Program-made: the position numbers and the translations under genes
Source: Macrostomum lignano
Taxonomy: Eukaryota
Reading direction: 5' to 3'
DNA length: 64,000 nt
Assembly: GCA_002269645.1 (NCBI GenBank)
Contig: NIVC01000064.1
Coordinates: 1-64,000 of the forward strand
Notes under the pieces: generated by a model
What the model was told of the DNA's origin: nothing
Databases searched by the model: none
What the model saw: the letters and a program-made list of their open reading frames with translations, nothing else
Shown here: positions 12,590 to 23,909 of the stretch, piece by piece
How positions within the stretch are numbered: position 1 is the stretch's first letter
Layout: each line of letters begins with the position of its first letter

Positions 12590-15364
12590 ATGTCTCTGGA
12601 CGATATTATCGAAAAGATTGGCTCCTTTGGTCGATTTCAGAAGATCCAATATCTGCTGGCCTGCTATGCCGCCGTCTGTTGCAGTGAGACTCGATTTTAT
12701 TTAAATATTTAGAGTGACCGATATTTTAAGGCATTGAAGTTAGTGAGAGGTTTAATAGTCTTGGTTTGAGGTGTTTAACTGAAGACGTAGTGTGTAGGGT
12801 GTATAGCATGTTTCAGGGTTTTTTATTTCAATTTTACATGTAGGTTTAGGTGCAAAGTAGCTCGGGGTTCAAGGCGTTTCAGCGTCTGCGATTTAGAGTG
12901 TTGCAGTTTTCAGTGAACTTGTTAGGAAACCGTGTTTAGGGTCTTGTGAGGTGGTTCGTAGATTGAATTTTGAGATATTTTTTGTTAATATTCACAAGGT
13001 TTTTCCACAATAATCCTGGTCTACATCCTCAACGTCCCCAAGCATCGCTGTCGGGTGCCTCGTCTCGGCCCAGCCGATCACTGGGGCATCAACTCGAGTC
13101 TGATTGAAGCGGACGTCCCGCTCAAGAGACCCGGATGTGCAGTGCCTGGCGCAGCGGACTGCTTCGAGGCGTGCAGTCTGAACAGTGGCAACGGCACCAA
13201 CTCAACGACCGGCTGCTCAGCAGGATTCGTGTTCGACAAGTCCGAGTTTATTGACACGTTTCCGTCTGAGGTGAGCACGGAATGTTACTGAAGATAGAAC
13301 GGAGAGAGATGGGTGACCGGGCATTCATTCTTCAGGAAAATTAGTCAAAATATTTTACCTTTATTACTAGCTGAACTACGTATGCGACTCGGGCAAGGAG
13401 GTTCTGGTCACCACTCTGGTTCAGAGTCAGCTTATTGGCGTCCTGATTGGAGCATGGATGTCCGGGATTCTGTCGGATCGGTCAGTAAAGTGAACTATCT
13501 ACCTGTCTGTGTTAGTTTCACCTTGTTTAAAAGATACATTGCAATCTGAACAGGTTTGGTAGAAAACCTGTGCTAATTGGATCCATGCTGATCATGGGCC
13601 TGTCGGGTCTGGCGTCCAGCGTTTCCTCGGATCCGTATTCGTTTTGGGTGCTTCGGTTTCTAGTTGGAGTTGGCTGTTCCAGCACTTTCACCACCAGTTT
13701 CGTCGTGGGTAAGTAAATACCGAATGTTTTGCATTAGATGAAGAAAATTGAATGGGCATTAAGTCTTAGCCTGCTCTATCCGCTTAAAGGTGTTGAGTTC
13801 ATCGGTCCCCAGGCTCGAATCCACGCTGGTATTGTTATTGAATACGCGTACGCTTTCGGCTTGATACTCCTGGTCGGCATTGCTTACCTGCTGCGCTACT
13901 GGCGTTGGCTAAACATTGCAGTCAGCGCTTTATCGCTCTTCTCCATTCTTCTTATTTGGTAAGAGGTCTAGACCGACAGGGAAGAGCCAAAGACGGGAAG
14001 TGACGTGGAACCGTTGAATGAGTCTTATTAATCCAGTCCGTCAATCCTTTCGCAGGCTACTGGTCGAGTCGCCGCGCTGGCTGATCTCAAGAGGCCGGTT
14101 GGCTGAGGCCGAGGCTTTGATCAGAAAGGCGGCCAAAGTCAACGGCGTCGAGCTGCCCACGGATCTGGAGCTGAGGCCGCCAAGCGAGAATGTCTCCAAG
14201 ACGCCAGACAGCGAGTCCGCTGACGACAGCGACCGCTCGTCACCAACTTCGTCCGCTGCGGACAGCTCCGAGCAGACGAGCTTCCTTCGAGTTTTCACCA
14301 ATAGGCAGACAGCACTGATGACTATGAACATGTTCCTGCAGTGGTGAGCAGCTTGATCATGAGATTCCTTGGTCTCAGTTCTAAGAACAATAAGTTTATG
14401 TCCTTCCCTGTACAAGCGTATTGTAACCGCCTGTCATAGGTGGGTGATCGCTCTAGTGTACTATGGCCTTAGTCTGAGCTCCGGAAACCTACCTGGCGAC
14501 ATCTACCTGACTTCGTTTCTCAACGCCTTGGCTGAGCTGATCGGCTACGTAGTGCCGCACGCTCTGGCGGGTCGCCTTGGTCGACGAGTCACTCACGCGG
14601 GCAGCATGTTCCTCGCTGCCGCAGCCCTGTGCAGCACCATCTTCGTGGAGCTGTTCGGACCAGCCGACGGCGGCTTGGACTGGCTGCTGGTGACGCTCGC
14701 GATGCTGGGGAAAATCGGAATCACATCCGCGTTCGGCGTTGTGTTTCTTTGGACTGCAGAGATGTTCTACACCGGAGTGCGACAGATGGCTGTGGGGTGT
14801 TCCAGCACTGCGGGCCGAGTTGGGACACTTCTGGCTCCTTTCCTGGCAGATATGGTGAGGCCTGAGTGAGACTTGCTGAGTCCCTTCCTGGCAGATATGG
14901 TAAGGCCTGAGTAAGACCTGCTAGGTCTCCGGTCCAAGGTTTAAAGGCTGCAGTCATGCTTTGAAACGCATAGTTCTGAGTTCCGAATGCCTAAGAATCT
15001 GAAACCTTCGAACACACCCACAACCCCGCAGCGCAAGTTCATCGCCAGCTCCTTTGGCGCCGCCCTGCCGCTGCTGATCTCCGGCTGCCTCGCCTTGCTG
15101 GCCGGCCTGACATCGCTGCTGCTGCCGGAGACGCTGGGCATTGAGCTGCCTGAGACGCTGGAGGACTGCCGGAGGCTGGCGGCTTGGAGGAGGTGAGGCT
15201 GCAGCGCTCGCTTACTCACTCACTACTCACTCGCTTACTCACTCGCATCCTCGAAAATCCCTTGTTCTCACAGTAGGGCCACCGTTGAGCCACAAGACGT
15301 CGGCAAGGAGATCAAAGAGCAGCAGGCGGTCGACGAAAATGCAAATGGAGATTCTGCGTTTTAG
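12590..15364 (+). CDS. SLC22/OCT-like transporter copy B (583 aa); exons 12590-12683, 12999-13270, 13371-13480, 13554-13708, 13790-13958, 14056-14343, 14440-14854, 15032-15192, 15277-15364
   Basis: Same exon sizes and phases as copy A; exon sum 1752 nt; near-identical protein. Confidence 0.93.
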
Positions 15365-16069
15365 TGTAATATCTGCTAATAAATCAGAACCAACTCAGAA
15401 ATATTTTCTAAATGCGTTAAATTAAAGCCAATACTGTATTGTAAATATTTATTATTGACTAAGGAGCCAATGATTGTGCTCCGGGTAATCGAGGAGGCCA
15501 ATCAAGGAAACACATCTTGTGTCAGTAAATTGAAGCCAAAACAACTGCTTTGTAAATTATGCGTTGTGTTTTGTTCTGATTGAAACCGTATCGCTAGCGC
15601 TTTTAGAGTTTGAGTAAGTCAAAGTATTTTATTTTGAATTGATTTCTACTTTTTTCCATGCGTAGAGGGCTTTCAGTGGCGTGATTTGGACGATTGCAAG
15701 ACATGTTACAGAGACAGAGGTTCTGACAGTAACTTTTGTTTAAGTGACTGCGATGGCGACAGTAAACAGTGACAGTGAAAGTGGCGGCGTTGACAGCAGT
15801 AGAAACAGTGACTGACTGTGACGGCAATCGAAGAAATTACGTACGTCGTGGTGAGTGTGAATAAGATTTGTCAATATCGGTAGCAGTGACAGTGGCTCTG
15901 ACACGGAGAGTGACAATATACTGAGCTCCGGAAGGGACAGCAAACGGGCGATTGAGCAGTAGAGGTAACAGTATCAGGGACAGGGGCAGTGGAGGCAATA
16001 GTGATATTGACATTGGTAAGTTACAGACGGGAACTGCGATTTAAAAAATGCTGTGATTTTGTGAAGAAG

Positions 16070-16690
16070 TTACCTTACGGATCCTCCGTCTAATGTTCAT
16101 TTCTTTTGAGGCAAAAGTGCAAAACCAATCTCTTGTGGTGAGCTCAAACGCGTTCGAACGTGATGAAAACACTAATGATTATCGTAGATGAGGATTAGCT
16201 TGCTCTGGAATGCATACCTTTTTACACCTGACGCAACCAATAAACGAAGATCGTCTCCACGCCGATTTGATATTTCATGTAGGAACAGCCACACAACAGT
16301 GCTTTCAATGATGCCTTCCAGATCATGATGCTACCGCCTCTTTGTTATGACGCACTCAGTCAGGAAATGGCTCTAGGAGCCATCCAGCGTGGCGCGAGTC
16401 TCGTCTGTGAACAGGATCACCTTGATCGAAGTTCATCTTGAGGGCTTTGCACGTTGCAGACGCCTGTCACGATTGCTTTTTTGGTCAGCAGCGGCATTGC
16501 GACAGCTGTATGATGCACTTTACCAAAAGAGGGGGCCCTAGCAACCTCTGACGCCGTGATACCAGCTTGAACTTTTGTTGGTGACGACACTTCTTGCTTT
16601 TTTCATACTGGCTGATGATTGTTGGTATCAATTTGCATCAATTCAATTCCAAAATATTAGCCTTAGTCAATTCCAAGAAACAGCGCGTAA
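16070..16690 (-). mobile_element. Decayed Tc1/mariner transposase fragment (DD37E/TRT-like)
   Basis: Reverse strand reads PLLTKK..RDRRLQRAK..KMNF..VILFTDETRATLDG..GGSIMIW..LILIYDN with stops and frameshifts. TIRs not identified. Confidence 0.78.
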
Positions 16691-17166
16691 AGCTAATACT
16701 TGCATAAAAACTTAACAGGCACAGTATTAGGACTCCCAGCTGTATGTCAAAATTTGAGATCTCACTGAAAATAAGTTTGACTTCTAAATTAAACTGTGCA
16801 TGTTACATGTGACACCAGTGGCTAGGGGCAGTCCTGGTATATCAACGTCCACGTTTAAACTTAAACTGAAGCAGAACAGAGCAGAGGACTTGATGTCTCT
16901 TAGTGCACTTTGAGGCCTTTTCCAAAAAAAGATTAGACTATTTTTGGAATGCGAGTTCGGAGCTCGAGCAGGCTAAATTCGTGACCTTTGGACCACCACT
17001 GGGAGACTCAGGCGCAAATTGTTAAGATAGCAATAAACTCTTAGAGAAGTCACATAAAGACAGTACTCGTATTATCCAAAGAAAGCGTGCGGGAGGCTTT
17101 AATTAACCTGAAAAAGACACTGAGAGAAAAAAGAATAAATTTTCGAGTTCAAATTTACCCGATGCA

Positions 17167-20100
17167 ATGAAGTTTGAAGAGATTGTTACCTTGTTAGGTG
17201 ATTTTGGACTTTACCAGAGATTAATGTACATAATTCCTTGCTACGCCGCTATCTGCACTGGTAAGTTCTGCTTGTTAAAGAGCAGTCTATTGTTTAAATT
17301 GCTATAGTTTTATGCATGAAACTCCAAATGAAACCATGCGATTGCGCATTCTGTGTCGCTATTCTTCTTCTGAACAGAATTTAGCCTAGAAATTCTAATA
17401 AAGAAGTGCTTGCGCAAGGATCGCAGTAGAAGAACATGTGTAGAGTAAGATCCAAACAACTATAACCCGAACTTATGAAACATTTGCATCTGAATCGAAG
17501 GTGTAGGACCATCTGAACTGAAGGTGTAGGACCATCTGAACTGAAGGTGTAGGACCATCTGAACTGAAGGTGTAGGACCATCTGAACTGAAGGTGCAAAC
17601 CATCTGAACTGAAGGTGCAAACCATCTGAACTGAAGGTGCAAACCATCTGAACTGAAGGTGCAAACCATCTGAACTGAAGGTGCAAACCATCTGAACTGA
17701 AGGTGCAAACCATCTGAACTGAAGGTGTTGGACCATCTGAATTGCCGAAGATTTAGGACCACTTGTGTCTGAATCGAATCTGAATCGAATGTAGTCCGAA
17801 TAAATCATTATTCGAGCGTACAACTTCAATATCTCATTCGCAATAAAATGTTTATAGTTATACGCTTTACAAAGGTATCTGTGCATATAAATTCAAATGT
17901 AAATGGAAATAAAAATCGATCTTTAGCAATGCGTTACGTAAGCTCATGCCCTCTTCATATGCTGCAGTCTTTTGATCAACCATTAAATTTTGCGCAGCTT
18001 TCAACGGAATCCAGCTGATATACACTCTGTACGTACCCGATCACCGTTGTCGGATACCTGAACTTGGTGCCAACGACTCCTGGGGCATCGATGCAAGCAT
18101 AGTGCGCCAGTTTGTGCCAACCAGACCCTGCGCCGGTGCCGAAGAAGGCGACTGCTTTGATCGGTGCCGCTTGTTTGCAGCCAATTCTACCAACGAGACT
18201 GTGACGTGCAGCGATGGCTGGGTCTACGACACTTCCGATATGATGAGCACGTTCGCTACAGAAGTGAGTTTCTCCGCAATAGAACTGAATCCAGCAATAG
18301 AAAGCTTGGGCCTAAAAAAATCACTTTTTTCAGAACAACTTCGTCTGCAGTCGTGAGCGTCAATTCCTACTGACAACAGTATCGCAGAGCTACTTCTATG
18401 GACTATTGGTTGGCTCACTTGTCACCGGCTTCATATCGGACAAGTGAGCCAGTGATCTGCGAGTGCACATGTCTAAGTGTCTTACAGACATTTTCAAAGA
18501 TGTTTTTTGATTTGTTCCTTTCTTCACCCTTCCCTCATCGACTGTTTATCAAAACAACACCTTCATAAATTTTTGAAGTAGTTCCATAAGTAACAAAAGA
18601 AAGTGCTGTAACAGCTACATGTAGAGTGTTCATTGAGATATCGTCTTGAGACATCATCACCCATCAGTGAAGCTTAAGGTTCTGTACGTTTTTTTATGTT
18701 TGACCGCGCCCGACATCATTAGAGGATGTTTTTGACGTACCAATAAGAAACTGTTCAATTTTGTGTTTTTTCTCTTTTTTGTCCAAAAAAATCCAGATTT
18801 GGCCGCAGGACAACGCTATTCATCTACCTGGCAATCCAAGGATTAAGCAATCTTATCTCCGGCCTAGTTAGCGGCGTTGTCGAGTTCTGGATCAGCCGCT
18901 TCGTTAGCGGAATGGCTTCCACCGGCGTTTTCCCTACCGCGTTTGTCATTGGTTAGTGAGATCCTTGCGCTTAAATTTGCACCATATTTGTTTAACATTA
19001 GCATTCGTTTGTTCATTTTTATTCATTCTCGTTAACTGTTTTCTACGAAATTTCAGGCATTGAGTTCGTTGGTCCTTCAATGCGCCTTCACTCGGGATTC
19101 ATCATTGAGTACACCTTCACCTTAGGGCTGCTGGTCACCGCACTGCTGGCCTTTCTGCTTCAAAACTGGCGATGGATTTCCATAGCGTCTGCATGCATCT
19201 CGTTTGCTTCTCTGCCAGCGGCCTTGTAAGAAGTTCCCCTATCTTATCTCGCATTACCGAATATTCTAATGGTCTACCAATGCAAGGTATTCGTCAATCA
19301 TGCATACACGCAGTTTTAGCTGCAACTAAAGCTGTTTAAAAACCAAGGAACCTAGAGCTGTAACTTTCTTAGAACTCTGAGCTGTAGCTTTCTAAGAAAT
19401 CCAATCTGAAGCGAACTGATTTACTCACCATGTTAAACTATAATCCTCCGATGACTCTTTCAGTTTTCTACCCGAGTCGCCCCGTTGGCTGCTTGCTCTG
19501 GGCCGTCATTCAGAAGCGGAGCTGGTGATCAGAAAAGCCGCCAAAGTTAACGGAGTCCAACTGCCAGACGAGCTCAAGTTAAAACTATCCGATTCTGATC
19601 AATCAAGCGACAGTCCAGGCAGCAGCAAAGAAAATTGTCTGTCTGTATTTCGATATAGACGGCTTGTCTGCCTGTTTGCCAACGTCATCTTTCAATGGTG
19701 AGGGTTGATTGAATCCTCCTTACCGTTTGAGGTTCTAGCAATGTGGGTTCTGTCTGGCTGATATGTTTGCACTGTAGTGCAGGGCTCGGAAAACTCCGGC
19801 TCTCTCTATCCGGCCTCGGGTCCTTTGGAACTCATTTGGAACTGATCTCATCTCTCATCTTTTATCCTGTCTACTTTCCACTCTCATTTCCTATCCAGCA
19901 GCCATGAGCAGGATTTTCAATCTGGCCCTTGAGGTAAAAAGTTTGCCGATCCCCCGCTGTATCGCATACTTTTGCTACCACGAAATCAATTCTGTCTCCA
20001 AACAAAGGCTCGTGGTGGCCCTGGTGTACCAAGGCCTCAGCCTGGGCGCCGGGTCTCTGCCCGGGAGCATCTTTCTTACGTCATCGTTAAACGCCGTCTC

Positions 20101-20980
20101 CGAAGGCTGCGGCTACTTCATGGCGCACCTGTTGTTGAGGTGGCGCGGACGCAAGGCGCCTCACATATTCAGCATGTGCCTCTGCGGCCTGGTACTCATC
20201 GCATGCATCTTCCCGACTGTTCTCGGCTCCGATGGCCTCGGCGGCCTGCTGCTGACTCTGGCACTGCTTGGCAAGGTGGGCGTCTCGGCTTCGTTTGGTA
20301 TTATCTACCTGTGGACAGCGGAACAGGTGCCCACCAGTATGAGGCAAATCGTGCTGGGAGTGGCCGCTCTAGCGTCCAGGGTTGGGTCCGCTCTGGGACC
20401 GCTGATTGTCAACCTGGTGAGTAAGGGGCATTACATACCTTCTCTTGATTGCCTACCCTTCACTCTTCTCCTAAACCCTACCCCGCAGAGCGACTTTGTC
20501 GAAACCTCGCTAGGCAACGCGCTGCCGCTTGTCCTATACGGAGTGTGCTCGTTGGCCGCCGGTCTAGCGGCCTCCCAGATGCCAGAGACCGCGGGCAGAA
20601 CTCTGCCGGAGACGCTGCGCGAGGGCGACGAGTTGATGAAGCTGCAAGGGTGAGTGAGTGAGCAGGATAATTAGAGAAATCAAGAAATCGGTTCCTAGAT
20701 AGCTTTGTCTGATTTTATGAAATACATGTAAGAGCCAAAATACATGTATAACTACGATCGAGAGATACTCGTTTTTGTTCATGCAATTTAGGTTATTAGT
20801 GCAAATATCGAGACGTATAAGGTGCTGGGTAGATGCACAATTTATAACATGTATTATAGGTAAAAACGAACTGATGGACGATTTCTCCGTGATTTTTACA
20901 GGTCCTCGTGCTGTCGTAGTAGCAGCGGTTCGGCTGTGTCACCCAGCTTTCACATCGAGGCTGCTGGAAGTCAAGGATGA
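17167..20980 (+). CDS. SLC22/OCT-like transporter copy C (older paralog, ~558 aa); exons 17167-17260, 17998-18263, 18334-18443, 18797-18951, 19057-19225, 19464-19697, 20008-20416, 20489-20649, 20902-20980
   Basis: [53 protein letters not shown]. Same intron phases as A/B; exon sum 1677 nt in frame. The last exon frame is less certain (an alternative frame ends at 21035). Confidence 0.9.
17487..17760. repeat. 22-bp minisatellite ccatctgaactgaaggtgcaaa, ~11 copies (SLC22-C intron 1)
   Basis: Directly visible. Confidence 0.92.
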
Positions 20981-21387
20981 TGATGCCGCTGATGCTGAAG
21001 ACCAGCAGCTAACCACCCTGCGCAGCGATAAATGATAATGCAATTTTTCTTCAACAGTTTGACATCGCGAGTCGATTAATTGTATAAATATATTTATTTG
21101 AAATTGTCAAGCATTCACTGAACTGTAGAGCTGACTATACTACTGCAGAACGACTTCCAATTCTTGACGAGATGCAGAAATCCACCAACATTTTAGCCCT
21201 GTCAACAGTAAAGTCTATTAAGACCAGTACTGTATGTGAACAAGTTACATGTACTTAGAACTCAAGAGCTGAACTACTAAAGTTGTCCATATGATTCGAG
21301 AAGGCAAGATCGACCTAGAATAAATCGCGGCAGTGAATTTATGAATCGTATGTGCAAAGTATATAGTACATCATCCATGCAGTCAAT

Positions 21388-21735
21388 CAGTGGCGTAGCC
21401 AGGAATTTCAATTGGGGGGGGGGTGGGTTGGCCTGGCTGGCCATGCCTCATGCCATTGCCATTGCCACTTTGCGCATACACCACACGCCACTCGGCATGC
21501 CTTACCATGCATAGTGATGCCACACCATAGTGCATGATGGCCAATGGCCCAATCCCAATGTTATGTTCAATGAGCGTAATCGTATTGTAATGGTATTACA
21601 TTGAATTGCATCATGGTTCCTTGTTCTCTCCAGTTTTGTATCATTTCCTTTCCAGAATTGCTATTCTATTTAAATACCCGCCGCGCCCAATCCCACCCTC
21701 CAGGGGCCCCTCCGGCCCCCCTGGCTACGCCACTG
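21388..21735. mobile_element. hAT-type MITE, 348 bp
   Basis: Perfect 15-bp TIR CAGTGGCGTAGCCAG / CTGGCTACGCCACTG and perfect 8-bp TSD CAGTCAAT (21380-21387, 21736-21743). Confidence 0.92.
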
Positions 21736-23454
21736 CAGTCAATTACATCAATTACAGTTTTGACACCCGTGTCGCATTTCTATACAGCTTGAAAAGCCAA
21801 AAATGCACAGAAAAACGACTTAAAAAGCCAAATCGAGCAGCTCAGCTGCTCTAAATGCATCCATTTTTTGAAAATTAGTTATATTCTTAAGCTCTTCCTT
21901 CTTGATGTAGCAAATGGTGAAAAAATAAAAAAATCAGATTTTCGAGTTTTCATGAGTGGAAAATAATGAGTCGAAAGTATCAATTGACTGAATTTAACTG
22001 ACAAACCAGATTATACGTGTACTGTGATCAATTACAACGAAACTCTTAGCGGTAGTGCTGTTCCTACATGTAAAGCTATTAGTTTTTTAAGTGAACTTAT
22101 AGCATTCTCCAAACTTTTTATAAATCAAAGTATGAAATGCAGTTCAGTATTTAATTGGCTTCTAGTACTATAAATAAGTAACGTTTTGTTAACTTTTATG
22201 CGCTTTTAAATGAGGGCAGCCCCGGTTCGGTAAGCCAGGCGTGCGCACGTGCGCACATTTTTGTTTGCGGGTGTGACACGACGTGTTCCCAGTTATCAAA
22301 CAAATTTGGACTTCATAGATAATAAAACTGACGTATCAGTTCTGAAAAGAAGACGTTGATTTTTACATTTAATTTCGTTCAAGCTTTAATTAATAGGTTT
22401 GCTTGGAGATTGCAACCAATGTGGTCTCAAAAATTAATTACTGCTGTGTCAGAAGTCAAACCATCATTCTTAGACATTAGCGACAGGTATATAAGACTAT
22501 TAAAATATTATGTTTAATTTTTGAGAATTGTGTGAAATTTTTCTCATTCTGTTTTTCTCTGGATATTGGGCGCAGTTTTGCTGCTATAATGCCCTTATGG
22601 TTAAACTTAAATTCAACTTCCTGGGGTGCAATTTAGAAATTTTCAATCAAATCAATAAAGTGGTATTCTACATAAAAAATCAAAAATGCAATTTCGTACT
22701 CAGAATAAGATAACTTTTGGTGCAGTTATGTAATTTTGGATGCTGTTTGCTTGTAATTGCTTGCACTACAATCTAGCTGTCATTTAATAATAGGTCTATA
22801 GACCTATAGATAGGCTCTATTTTCAATTATTAGAAATCCAAATCTAAATCTTGAAGTCATCCAATTTAGCTACATGCAGCCTATGCTGGTCTAGATTATG
22901 TCTAGTTCAAGTCAATGACAAATTCAATAGTGGCCATGGCCTAATTCAGTTGAGGCTAAAAAATTATAGTTTTACCTTGTTCTAAAATATTAGAAGAACT
23001 TTTGCATTTGGAATAACTTATTATTATTATTAAAAGGTTGCAAACAAAAAATGATGTCCAATTGGATACATCTTCTTTTCTACATTAAATGCATGTTGAC
23101 AATACTAAAAAGTGAGTCATTTTTTATATACAATATAATTCCTATTCCTATAAATACATGTAAGGCTTCCATTTTTTCTATGCTTATTTCTAGTAGTTGT
23201 TAAATATTCAAAGTTTCTTGTAGTAGCAAATATTCTTTAAAAATATTTAAATATATTTTAAGATATTTTGTCTTCTTATCTTATAATAGAAAACTATATG
23301 TTTAACTTTAATATTGGTTTTAATTATGCTAATTTATTAATAGCAAATATTCATTGAATCTATACAATCCTAAGATAATGAAGACCTCATAGTGATATTT
23401 GTATTAATTTCTAATTATCTACAAAAGTAAAAAATAAAAATCAGTTTTATAAGC

Positions 23455-23882
23455 AAGCTTCAAAGATTCTTAGTTGCTAAGCTAGTCTCCTAGATCCTTA
23501 GTTGTTGGGCTAATCTCCCAGTGTTAATTGCTAAGACAGTCTCCCAGATCCTTAGTTGCTAGGCCAGCCTTCTAGATCCTCAGTTGTTGGGCCAGCTTCT
23601 CATATCTTCAGTTGCTAGGTCAGGCTCCCAGGTCCTCAGTTGCTAGGCCAGCCTCCCAGATTCTCAGTTGCTAGGCCAGCCTCCCAGAGTGTCAGTTGCT
23701 AGGCCAGCCTCCCAGGCCTCAGTTGTTGGGCCAGCTTCTCATATCTTCAGTTGCTAGGTCAGGCTCCCAGGTCCTCAGTTGCTGGGCCAGCCTCCCAGAT
23801 CCTCAGTTGCTGGGCCAGCCTCCCAGATCCTCAGTTGCTGGGCCAGCCTCCCAGATCCTCATTTGCTGGGCCAGCCTCCCAC
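23455..23882. repeat. 28-bp minisatellite cctcccagatcctcagttgctgggccag, ~15 copies, left copies AT-shifted
   Basis: Directly visible; an inverted perfect array occurs at 53022-53165. Confidence 0.92.
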
Positions 23883-23909
23883 CTTTATTTCGACGCCTTC
23901 CAAACCCAG

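Noticed and set aside
23000-23455. NUMT (mitochondrial insertion) as the cause of the AT-rich tract
   Set aside because: No mitochondrial gene, rRNA or tRNA motif recognisable by eye; the AT shift continues into a nuclear repeat. A BLAST against the mitogenome would be decisive.
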